A stretch of 64,000 nucleotides of DNA from positions 1,630-65,629 of IMG/VR virus record IMGVR_UViG_3300021399_000101; one strand, 5' to 3'. This DNA comes from a virus. Taxonomy: Duplodnaviria > Heunggongvirae > Uroviricota > Caudoviricetes. This document shows positions 17,349 through 26,856 of this stretch, in pieces (the first letter of the stretch is position 1; each line of letters starts with the position of its first letter). A program made the translations under genes and the position numbers. A model generated the notes under the pieces. The model ran no database searches. It worked only from the letters and a program-made list of their open reading frames with translations, and was not told the origin of the DNA.

Positions 17349-19927
17349 GTAGCATAATAAATTATTCAAACAATTACTCAAAATATATTGAAAAGCTTAA
17401 GTTTGAAAAAAGTCAAAAAGCTTTTCAGCAAATGGTGAATTCTACTCAAGAGAACAAATCTGGAAAAATTTTATTTGAAGAAAACTATTCAGATAAAAAA
17501 GTTGTCTCAGCTGCTTCTGCATATGGTACAGACTCAACTAAAGATTATGGCAAGCTTGATTATGAAGATTCTGATAATCATTATAAGAACTCTAAAAAAA
17601 TAGAAAGCAACGAAGCATACATAAACCAGAAAGAATATGATGCCATATCAACAAGAGTGGATATTAAAAACCCAGAAAAAATAAAAAACGATATTTCCAG
17701 GGTGGAATTTGACTCATCTGACTTTTCAGTAAAAACAAACTTTGAGAATACTGAAGAAAGTAAAAGCGGTGATAAGATATCTGCTGTAACAATTAACGAA
17801 GAAAGAGACGGTAAAAAAGCAGAGTTTGAAACAACAATTGAAAACAAGAATGGTCTAGAAATAAATCATGAAAGAATTGAGACGGCCAAAAACAATGACA
17901 ATAATATTGAAATTGAGTACAGTCCATCAGAAAAAGATTTAAATAATATTTCAAACGCCTCTTTAGACTCTCAGAAAAATAGAGATGACCTTATTTTCTC
18001 AATTAAAGAAGAAAAGAAGGCAAGAAAGCTTTTTTCCCAAAGAGCTTCTTCTGGTAATAAATTGGAAGGAGAATTTCAACATCTTACTGCAGGTCCTAAA
18101 AAAACAGAAGTAACAAATCTAAATAGACAGTCTCCAAATTTCTCGCATGATAAAGCATGGGAGCAGGATTACTATATTAGTAATGCAGCAGAATATAAAT
18201 ATTATCCGTTTGGCTCATATTCAGAAATAAATTCAACTCAGTCAAACGCCATAACTGATGCGTTTCATACCATAACAAATGCATCTAACTGGAGCACCCC
18301 AGGAAAAGCTATAGTAAGCTCATTAAAAGTCGCAACAGATGTAATCGACATGATTAATCTTGTTGGCCCATCTAGAAATATCTATAATAGTAATACTGCT
18401 AATAATTTAAGATGGGACTTAAAGATTGCTTCAGAAGAATTAAATAGCGAAAAAGACGAAATCAACGGAGCTATAAGCTATTCTTATAAAAAGACAGTCA
18501 ATGATACCAATGGTAATAAAAAATCTATATGGGGAAGAAGCATTGATATCACTGACGCCTCTTTAGAAAAAGAAAAAGATGACGTCTCTATAAATGAAAA
18601 ACTAAAGTCTCAGTCTGAAGATGAAGATGGTAATTTGGCTGATGGCAGTGTTAAAAATGAGCAAAAGCAACTTCCAGGTATATTATCAAATGAAGAAGAA
18701 ACTTTGCCACTAGCTGATTATGAACCAGACAAAGACGGCATCTCTATTGATGAAAAATTAAAGTCTCAATTTAATGATGATGATGGTAATTTAGCTGAAA
18801 ATAATGGTAAAGATGATAAAAAGGAAATAGACGGAGACTTTAAAAATGGCGATGCTTCTGTCTATGGAATTACAGATTTTACACTTGGATTTAAGGGCCT
18901 TGTAATTAATGATAAAGACGACATCTCTATTGATGAAAAATTAAAGTCTCAATTTAATGATGATGCTGATGGTAATTTAGCTGAGAATAATACTAAAGAT
19001 ACAACAATCATCGGAGAAGAAACTAAATTAAGTGAAGAAGAAGCTAAATATCAGCCTGATGTAACAAAAGGAAATTTTGCATATATATCGTCAGAAGATT
19101 CAGAATCTAATAGATGGTTTGATGATTATGGGTATCTTGGAAAAATATATGTAATTCCTCCATACAAGCAGCTTGCAAATACAAAGCCCGAATCAAATAA
19201 CGACGGAGATGAAACAAGCAATAATGTTGATGTCGCATTTAGAATACCTCTTCAAAATAATCTGCAGTTTGAACAAATATCAAGAGCCGCAGCATATAAT
19301 GCAATTCAATTCTTTGGAAGAATTGGAGATGTTCAGCAATACTCCAGAACTGGTTCGCTTGATTTAATCAATCTTACTACAAAGTATTTTGTTGAAGACG
19401 AAGACGGTTCTAGCGGGAAATTTACAATGGCTAATTTACAAGACATCGAAATGATGTATAGGTCATTAGTGCTTCCTATTGAAAGTTCTGCAAATTATTT
19501 AAGCGGTGATAGCGCGAACTCTGCTTATTACTATTTTACTAGACCGCCTTTAATTAATATAGTATTAAATAATGATGGTGTTAATGATGGAGTGCCAGGA
19601 AGAAACAACATTACAGATAAAATCACTGAAGTTTATAATAATTTATTTACAGAAATAAAAAGTAATTATAATGAAGGCAGCGGTAAGATTGAACATAATA
19701 TATTCTATAAAAACTTTGTTGTTACAAATGTCACAATAGACAAAAACGATAATGAATATAATTATTATGTTGATTTTGGCAAGAAGAAATATTATGATAA
19801 AATGGGATTCACCGTAACACTTACCATACTTGAAATAGATGAAAACTATCTTGGAAGCATATCATCATTCAATAACTATTATAATACACTTAAGTCACGC
19901 AATTTATTATTAACACCAGGAGCATGA
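17345..19927 (+). CDS. Tail-tube initiator / baseplate protein (gp48/gp54/CIS-tube-like C-terminus) with a long acidic N-terminal extension
   Basis: C-terminal YNAIQFFGRIGDVQQYSRTG...INLTTKYF...YRSLVLP...VTNVTI...FTVTLTILEI; position between TMP and the gp53-like gene. Confidence 0.6.
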   Translation: MSSIINYSNNYSKYIEKLKFEKSQKAFQQMVNSTQENKSGKILFEENYSDKKVVSAASAYGTDSTKDYGKLDYEDSDNHYKNSKKIESNEAYINQKEYDAISTRVDIKNPEKIKNDISRVEFDSSDFSVKTNFENTEESKSGDKISAVTINEERDGKKAEFETTIENKNGLEINHERIETAKNNDNNIEIEYSPSEKDLNNISNASLDSQKNRDDLIFSIKEEKKARKLFSQRASSGNKLEGEFQHLTAGPKKTEVTNLNRQSPNFSHDKAWEQDYYISNAAEYKYYPFGSYSEINSTQSNAITDAFHTITNASNWSTPGKAIVSSLKVATDVIDMINLVGPSRNIYNSNTANNLRWDLKIASEELNSEKDEINGAISYSYKKTVNDTNGNKKSIWGRSIDITDASLEKEKDDVSINEKLKSQSEDEDGNLADGSVKNEQKQLPGILSNEEETLPLADYEPDKDGISIDEKLKSQFNDDDGNLAENNGKDDKKEIDGDFKNGDASVYGITDFTLGFKGLVINDKDDISIDEKLKSQFNDDADGNLAENNTKDTTIIGEETKLSEEEAKYQPDVTKGNFAYISSEDSESNRWFDDYGYLGKIYVIPPYKQLANTKPESNNDGDETSNNVDVAFRIPLQNNLQFEQISRAAAYNAIQFFGRIGDVQQYSRTGSLDLINLTTKYFVEDEDGSSGKFTMANLQDIEMMYRSLVLPIESSANYLSGDSANSAYYYFTRPPLINIVLNNDGVNDGVPGRNNITDKITEVYNNLFTEIKSNYNEGSGKIEHNIFYKNFVVTNVTIDKNDNEYNYYVDFGKKKYYDKMGFTVTLTILEIDENYLGSISSFNNYYNTLKSRNLLLTPGA
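18578..18990 (+). repeat. Three dispersed ~70-bp coding repeats (D.SI(N/D)EKLKSQ...DGNLAE/D)
   Basis: Copies at ~18578, ~18730 and ~18917; copies 2 and 3 are nearly identical in DNA. Confidence 0.85.
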
Positions 19928-19933
19928 TAATAT

Positions 19934-20206
19934 ATGTTTAATAAATACGATTATAAAATTGACAGCACGTTTATAAACATAGATGGGATAAAAGCCACAG
20001 CTAAAGACCCAGAAAAATGCCGCTATTATATTATTCCGATGATATATGAATTCAGACCTGATCTTATAGCATACAGCTTATATAATGATGTATCTATGGC
20101 AGATTATATCGCAATATTAAATGACATAGATAATACTCCTGATGGTTTTTATAGAGGAAGAAAAATCAGGATATTAAAAGAAGAATATAAGGATTTGGTA
20201 TGTTAG
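19934..20206 (+). CDS. gp53-like / LysM-like baseplate wedge protein
   Basis: RPDLIAYSLYNDVSMADYIAILNDI...G.KIRI. Confidence 0.8.
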   Translation: MFNKYDYKIDSTFINIDGIKATAKDPEKCRYYIIPMIYEFRPDLIAYSLYNDVSMADYIAILNDIDNTPDGFYRGRKIRILKEEYKDLVC

Positions 20207-21264
20207 AAGACCAGGTATTTGGCATTTACAAAGCTATCGTAACAGATGTAAGCTGCTTCGAGCAAACAGGAAAAATAAGAACAAGAATCTCAGCATTTAA
20301 TGGCGGAGGCGTACCTAAAAATTTAATAGATGGGTATGATTCTGACACATATGCAGATGTATCATCAAGAGATACGCTTACAGATATAATGCTTCCATTT
20401 GGCGGTGGTTATGATTATGGAATGTTTAAACTTCCGCAAGTCAATTCTGTAGGGTTAGTTGCTTTTATAGATGGGTCAAGAACTTCTCCAATCTGGATAG
20501 GTGCCACAGCTAATACAATTTTCAATATCGAAAACGAGCTTGTTCAATCTGACTTGCCTTCCGATAGAAACAATAATAGACCTGCAAAATATTATGATGA
20601 TTCTGAAGGACGTTCTGTATTTAATTTTGATGATTCAAATGCTTTTATAATTAAAACCAAGAAAAACGAGCTTGTGGATTTAAAAGATTATGAAACAATG
20701 AACTGGGAAAACAACCCGGTGGAAAACTCGTTCATTCTTAGTTCGGCAAAAGCAAGCATTTATCACAGGATAGACGAAGATACATATCAGGAATTTGTAT
20801 TAAGCAATGATTCTCAGAATGATACAGGTTCAATTGAAATGGCCTATGTCATTGACGAAGAAACATTTAAAAGAATAACCGTAAACGACGAGTCAATCAC
20901 AATAAGAAATAAAAACGGAGACGCAGAAGCCAAAATAGTTCTTGGGAATGATGGAACAATATATATAAATTCTTTCGAGGATAATATTGGTAACAAGCAA
21001 ACCGGTAGCAGAATTGAAACGAATATTGCGCTTTCACCGGCATCTATAGAAATAAAAGCAGGCCATTCAAACATAAAAATGGCACGCAATGTTGATGAAG
21101 ACAATGAGAAAATGACAATTACGGCAAGTAAAATACAAATAGTAGCCAATGATATCTCACTCGGTTCTTCAGGTTATAGTTTTGTTGTATCTCCAAATTC
21201 AGGGCTTAATTTTACGCTTGAAGACGGTTCAATGTTAACAACAGCAAATCACATTAGGGTATAA
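20200..21264 (+). CDS. gp5/gpV-like central spike (OB fold plus beta-helix, no lysozyme domain)
   Basis: GIYKAIVTDV...GKIRTRI...GMFKLPQVNSVGLVAFIDGSRTSPIWIG. Confidence 0.8.
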   Translation: MLEDQVFGIYKAIVTDVSCFEQTGKIRTRISAFNGGGVPKNLIDGYDSDTYADVSSRDTLTDIMLPFGGGYDYGMFKLPQVNSVGLVAFIDGSRTSPIWIGATANTIFNIENELVQSDLPSDRNNNRPAKYYDDSEGRSVFNFDDSNAFIIKTKKNELVDLKDYETMNWENNPVENSFILSSAKASIYHRIDEDTYQEFVLSNDSQNDTGSIEMAYVIDEETFKRITVNDESITIRNKNGDAEAKIVLGNDGTIYINSFEDNIGNKQTGSRIETNIALSPASIEIKAGHSNIKMARNVDEDNEKMTITASKIQIVANDISLGSSGYSFVVSPNSGLNFTLEDGSMLTTANHIRV

Positions 21265-21267
21265 AAA

Positions 21268-24200
21268 ATGGACAGTAAATCTTTAATTAATGAGACGCTT
21301 AAATATTTAGAGACTGATGAAAACAAGCAGCCCAAATATAGATTTGAAATTTATAAGAGCGGAATATCAAATTATTATAAAGAGCAAATAGGAGCGCTTT
21401 CTCGTGGGTTAATAAATCTTGAAAAAGAAGAAGAGGGCGCTATTCCTGTAACTGTCTATACAATAAGTGATGTTTTTGACACAATAGGTGATGTTAAAAA
21501 CGATGTTCTTGGTACTATAAGTGCATTACCAGAAACTCTTGATAAAATAAAAATGTCTCTTAAGCAGCTCGGCTATACTGCTCTTGATACAGCAATAGAC
21601 ACATTGAAAAATGCTGTTGTGCCTATTGAGGTTGTGCAAACGATAAACGATGTGTATAGAGTTGCAAGACCGCTCGTAGAAAAAATTGTAGATATCGCAT
21701 CTATAATGTTCTATTATGAATCTGCCGCAAAAGTTACGCAAGATATACTTCAATACTTATCAAGACTGGCTGTTTCAACTGCAAAAAACTTTCTTGATAA
21801 ATTATGGGGCATATTTCTCGATACACCTGTATTTGCAATATATGAAAATGGCGATACTTTAAATCTATCAGGTGCATATGCTGCATTTGCAGATGCGGCA
21901 AACAGCTTAATAGACGAGCTCGCAAATAACACGAGCGCCTTCTCTGAAATAATGTCATATGCAAATGGCTCTGACACAAAAACATATGAGCCGAAATATG
22001 GAGAACTTGGAATAAGTGTTACAGAAGATATTGTTGATGTATATTCTGATATAAACACGAGGAAAATCTATATTTCAACAAATACAGAAAATGGCAGCAA
22101 GGTTTATTTTGTTGAAAGTAACTACTCAGCATCTGAATTTTTCTCAACAACAGATACTATACAGAAAATATTCTGTTATGATAATGAAGTTTTTTACATA
22201 ACAAATAATAATACTGTAAAGCAAATTTATACAAAAACAGAATCTCAGACAACGTTGGAACTAAACAATGCCATATTTAAAGTAATTAATTCCAACCCTG
22301 TTTTACTATACAATAGTAACGATAATCGCCTCTATAATCCTTTAAGCAGCACTCCAATATTAGAAATTGGGAATGTAAGTTTTCACACATATAGTGCTGA
22401 TAATGATATAATTTATTTTGTTGTCAATAATCTTGGTATAAATAAATTAAAGGCGGTATCAAAAAATTCTTCCGGCGCCTATATTCAAGAAGAGTTAAGT
22501 AATATAAGCGGCACAATTTATGGAATAAGTTATTTTGACGGCATGCTATATGTTGTTCTTAAAGAAAACAATAAATTCTATATTTCAAAAATAAGTGCAG
22601 GCTTGTCATTTAACAGAACAGAATATGTAAATAAGCCAGAGAATAACATAATTTGGATAGATGATACATACGCTACTAATAATTCCGGCATTTATACGCA
22701 TAATGGAAATAATCTTACGTATGTAACACCGGCACCAAGTTTTATAAATTGCGTTACAAGAAAGACATATGAAAATAACGATTACTTTGTATGCTCTGGT
22801 GGGACACGAATATATGTAACTAAAATAGCAGAAAATAATGGTTCTATAAGTTACAAATGGAATGAAAAGCAGCTCATAGCAAATACCAGCTCAGATAATG
22901 ACATAGAGATACCAGATAATATTGCCGGACTTAAGTGGTATTCGAGCAGTATATATGGAGATTTCTTTTTCGCGTACTCGCAAGAAAATATTTATGTATT
23001 TGGACCAGACAAGATAGATAATATTTTTAATGTTGAAAATCCAGACGAACCGGAACTGCTTGTTTATAAAGAATTTAAATCTTTTGAAAGTTGGTTTGAC
23101 AAAGAGCCAGACCCAAAAAATCAGTCAATAGAATATTCCTCAAAACTCTCGATAGAAGACCATTGTGTTATCACATCAATGAATATTATAGATGGGCAAA
23201 TTTATATAGCACTATTTAGCCCAAAATCAGTTCAGGGTGGAAATTCAATTAAGTGCGGAGTATATAAAGCTGATATAGGCAGAGCGCTGAATGGCGATTA
23301 TACAATTAGTATAGATTATGACTCTCCCGTGTTTTATACAGATTCTAAAACAAAGATTTATTCATTCTTGAATATTTATGGCTCATGGTTGTATACAGAT
23401 GGAAAAAAACTTTATAATGCTGCAAATAATTCGGAAACAGACTTAAAAATAGACTCAAAAGAAATTTCAGATAGAGCTTTATTTATAACAATCGAAAACG
23501 ACAATAAAGTAATTTATACGGCAAAGTCTAGAATGAATTCCATATCTAACGAACAATATGGGAAAATTACAACGCTTGTAAATTACGAAGTGTCTCAACT
23601 TCCTACAGGAATAACCTCTCCGCAGATAGCATCAACCAGAAACACGTTGATGTTCTCTGATTATAACTATGTCTATAATATAGTAAATAACGGAGAAGAT
23701 GAAATTAACTATGAGCTTTTCCAAATTTGTTATAAAAAATCATCTTATGATTATAGGCTTATTCAAAGCTGCGATTCTGTATTTATAGTAAGTAAAAATT
23801 CATTAAAGAAAGTTCCTCTCTATTCATCATTAACCAGCTCGATTTATGGATGCGGATATTATACCGATACAACATTAAATAAATGGTGTGGCGCTGCGCC
23901 ATATTATTTTGCCAGCAACGTTTTAAACGAAAAGAAAAATGCAAAGCAGAGAGAAATTTTCATACTATCATTTAGAGAAAATTTTAAAGTAGAACTTACA
24001 AAACTACTTAAAAATATTCCAGATGCATTTATAAAATATACTCAAAGTAAACTCGTTGAAGAGCTCAGGAAGCTTGGAATAAGAATCCCTTCAGATGATG
24101 GCCAAATTACAGAGCTTATACTAAATTCAGTTGCATCAACAACGGCCAATTCTATGGGAATGTATGTACAACAAAAGTTCTTTGAGAAATTAAGCGATGA

Positions 24201-26856
24201 AACAACATATGAGGCTTTTGCAACACAAGTTTATAATACGTGCGTAGCAGACCAGACTAATAATATGACTGAAGATTTTTACAAAATCTTTGAAGAGCTT
24301 TATTATTCAACAGTCGCAGATGTTATATCAGAACGCGACTTTGGCTCTGGCGGCATAAGGAATTCTCTGCTTAGATATTATCAGAACCATAAGGGTGAAT
24401 GGGCTGAATCAATGACTGAGCTGATAGATGTTGATTTTGTAAAGCCTGAAGACTATGAAGAACCGCTTAATACAACGTGGTTGGTAGATAAGAAAACTTA
24501 TAGATTTTCTTATCCAGATGGCAGATATAAATTTGAATATATTCCTGACCCAAGTAGCAAATTCCTCAATAAAAATATAATCAGCGGATATTATTATTCA
24601 GGAGACGATGAAATAAGCGAAGGATTTTATGAAGACCCCGAGCATACTATAGAAATTGACCATAGAAGCAAGGTTGATAATAATTATGTAGATTCAGATG
24701 GAAACATAATCTGCTATGGTAATGGAGAAGACGAATATTTCAAATACAAACTGGATAATTATGTTCCAACAGAAGATACTCAAATTATAGAAGGCAAAAA
24801 ATATTATAAAAAGACAAAGCCTGGAAATGAACAGTTTATCTATGTTGTTACCGAGGATACGTATGAGCATGATAATAAGCCATACTATAAAAACGTAATA
24901 GAGCCTTCTACTGATACAAGTGTTGTAAGCGGAAGAAAGTATTATGTTGTAACTGGTGGCGAATATGAATATATATTAAAAGGCTCTTCCGGCGAAATCA
25001 GTCCCGGAATATTACCGGCAGCTTCTTACTTTATAAAGCAAGAGTATGTTCTTACAGAAGATACCGAGATTGATGAAAACAAGACATATTATGTAGAAGA
25101 TTATTCAGCCGTATCTGGAGAATTAGATACTGGAACGCAGTATTATGAAAGAAAGTATGTTCTTACAGAAGATACCGAGATTGATGAAAACAAGACATAT
25201 TATGAATACATAGATTTAACAGCATTTAGCGGGGATAATCTGTTTAGAAAATATGTCTCAGGAGATTCAGGACAAAGGTATTCTGCTAATTATAAGCAGC
25301 TTGGATTCGGCGATTATAAATTCAACGGAAGTTACTATATCTATGACCCAAATATAGAAGACACAAGATATGATGTAAAGTTTACTTCCGATGAGAACGG
25401 TCAATACATTTTGACAGGCGGCCACTATGAATATGGTCCAAGCTCTACCGGTTCTAAATATTCTGTGTCTAGTGTAAAGCAGGCATCATCAGAAATAGAC
25501 CCAGATGAAACATATTATACATATAATGGTTCAGAATATGTAATTGCAGATAATGTTGATGAACAATACGGACCGTATTATTATGTAGATGGATTTGTTG
25601 AAGATGCAAACGGATATTATGTGCAGAGTACAATATCCTCAAGTGAAAATTCGTTTACAGTCGTAACAACTCCAATATTAAACAATCTCTCTTCATATTT
25701 TGAACTTGTATATAGTCCGGTCGCTAATACTACTGGTATTACATCATTATTTGTGAAAAATTATCTAGCAGTAGATGACCCAATAGAAGAAGATTTAGAT
25801 ACATATTTTGAGAAAGGTACATCATATATACCAGCTGACGACTTGACATATGTATATAATGGAGATGGCTCAGTCTATGGCGTAAAGAATGATAGGAACC
25901 TCTATGAATTATCATATACAGAAAAAACTACTACACAAGTATTAGTTCCATCTGGCTCTCCTGTAGAAAAAGGGTGGTATGACAATAAATCATTTGAGCA
26001 GGTTGCTTCAGGCTCTTTCGATAATCCACATTCTGATGGACTTTACGAGAGACAGCCAAACGGTATAGGTGAAGTAACAGAGACAACTGGTTCTCCTGTA
26101 GAAAATGGATGGTATGAAAGCACACCAGCATATTCAACAACATACGATGATGGAAAAGTTTATATAGATTTATCAGCCACAAAGTATGAAAGTAATTTTG
26201 ATGCTGAAGATGAAAACTGGCATGATGGATTCTATCTTGATGTTTTAGCGGCAAAGTCACATGTAACATCAGAAGACTTAGAAACAGCAAAGACTCAGGC
26301 AATTGAGGCTTTAAATGAAGTAAGCTATAGTCCTTATCCATCAGATGAATGGCAGATGCTGATTACAATGGCAGTAACAGAGTATTATATTCCAATTCAA
26401 GGAGAGCAATTCAGGCAGATAGTCCTTAACTCTGATATGTATCCTATACAGTGGGATGAGCTTCCAGCCAGAATCAACCATAGATCATTTGACTACGCCC
26501 TTTCTGCATTACTCTATGCAATAAAGCAGAGGCTGTTAACCAACATTACAATTCTTGTAGACGGAGGTAAAGTAAAATGTTATTCTTGTGTTGATGCTTC
26601 TACAGTAATCAAAAAGATTGTAGATAGAAATGCAGTAATCTGGAACAATCAATTAAGATTTGCAAAGTCTAAAGTGAGAGCTGCTACAACTGTTGATGAA
26701 GTTAAAAAAGCATTCACAATGATTGAAGCATATGATGAAACGCGTTCAATACTTCGTGAAATTCTTGTAAGACAGTCAAGGCTATATGCAAGCTATATAG
26801 ACAGGCTTATTGAAGTGCAGATTATAAATGATAACGATACAGAGGTTATGATGTAA
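21268..26856 (+). CDS. Very large (1862 aa) baseplate-associated structural protein with beta-rich and TEDT..K.YY repeat regions
   Basis: Long ORF within the baseplate operon; repeats such as YVLTEDTEIDENKTYY and GSPVE.GWY. Confidence 0.6.
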   Translation: MDSKSLINETLKYLETDENKQPKYRFEIYKSGISNYYKEQIGALSRGLINLEKEEEGAIPVTVYTISDVFDTIGDVKNDVLGTISALPETLDKIKMSLKQLGYTALDTAIDTLKNAVVPIEVVQTINDVYRVARPLVEKIVDIASIMFYYESAAKVTQDILQYLSRLAVSTAKNFLDKLWGIFLDTPVFAIYENGDTLNLSGAYAAFADAANSLIDELANNTSAFSEIMSYANGSDTKTYEPKYGELGISVTEDIVDVYSDINTRKIYISTNTENGSKVYFVESNYSASEFFSTTDTIQKIFCYDNEVFYITNNNTVKQIYTKTESQTTLELNNAIFKVINSNPVLLYNSNDNRLYNPLSSTPILEIGNVSFHTYSADNDIIYFVVNNLGINKLKAVSKNSSGAYIQEELSNISGTIYGISYFDGMLYVVLKENNKFYISKISAGLSFNRTEYVNKPENNIIWIDDTYATNNSGIYTHNGNNLTYVTPAPSFINCVTRKTYENNDYFVCSGGTRIYVTKIAENNGSISYKWNEKQLIANTSSDNDIEIPDNIAGLKWYSSSIYGDFFFAYSQENIYVFGPDKIDNIFNVENPDEPELLVYKEFKSFESWFDKEPDPKNQSIEYSSKLSIEDHCVITSMNIIDGQIYIALFSPKSVQGGNSIKCGVYKADIGRALNGDYTISIDYDSPVFYTDSKTKIYSFLNIYGSWLYTDGKKLYNAANNSETDLKIDSKEISDRALFITIENDNKVIYTAKSRMNSISNEQYGKITTLVNYEVSQLPTGITSPQIASTRNTLMFSDYNYVYNIVNNGEDEINYELFQICYKKSSYDYRLIQSCDSVFIVSKNSLKKVPLYSSLTSSIYGCGYYTDTTLNKWCGAAPYYFASNVLNEKKNAKQREIFILSFRENFKVELTKLLKNIPDAFIKYTQSKLVEELRKLGIRIPSDDGQITELILNSVASTTANSMGMYVQQKFFEKLSDETTYEAFATQVYNTCVADQTNNMTEDFYKIFEELYYSTVADVISERDFGSGGIRNSLLRYYQNHKGEWAESMTELIDVDFVKPEDYEEPLNTTWLVDKKTYRFSYPDGRYKFEYIPDPSSKFLNKNIISGYYYSGDDEISEGFYEDPEHTIEIDHRSKVDNNYVDSDGNIICYGNGEDEYFKYKLDNYVPTEDTQIIEGKKYYKKTKPGNEQFIYVVTEDTYEHDNKPYYKNVIEPSTDTSVVSGRKYYVVTGGEYEYILKGSSGEISPGILPAASYFIKQEYVLTEDTEIDENKTYYVEDYSAVSGELDTGTQYYERKYVLTEDTEIDENKTYYEYIDLTAFSGDNLFRKYVSGDSGQRYSANYKQLGFGDYKFNGSYYIYDPNIEDTRYDVKFTSDENGQYILTGGHYEYGPSSTGSKYSVSSVKQASSEIDPDETYYTYNGSEYVIADNVDEQYGPYYYVDGFVEDANGYYVQSTISSSENSFTVVTTPILNNLSSYFELVYSPVANTTGITSLFVKNYLAVDDPIEEDLDTYFEKGTSYIPADDLTYVYNGDGSVYGVKNDRNLYELSYTEKTTTQVLVPSGSPVEKGWYDNKSFEQVASGSFDNPHSDGLYERQPNGIGEVTETTGSPVENGWYESTPAYSTTYDDGKVYIDLSATKYESNFDAEDENWHDGFYLDVLAAKSHVTSEDLETAKTQAIEALNEVSYSPYPSDEWQMLITMAVTEYYIPIQGEQFRQIVLNSDMYPIQWDELPARINHRSFDYALSALLYAIKQRLLTNITILVDGGKVKCYSCVDASTVIKKIVDRNAVIWNNQLRFAKSKVRAATTVDEVKKAFTMIEAYDETRSILREILVRQSRLYASYIDRLIEVQIINDNDTEVMM
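25043..25204 (+). repeat. Exact 51-bp direct repeat, two copies 111 bp apart
   Basis: AGTATGTTCTTACAGAAGATACCGAGATTGATGAAAACAAGACATATTATG at 25043-25093 and 25154-25204. Confidence 0.95.
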
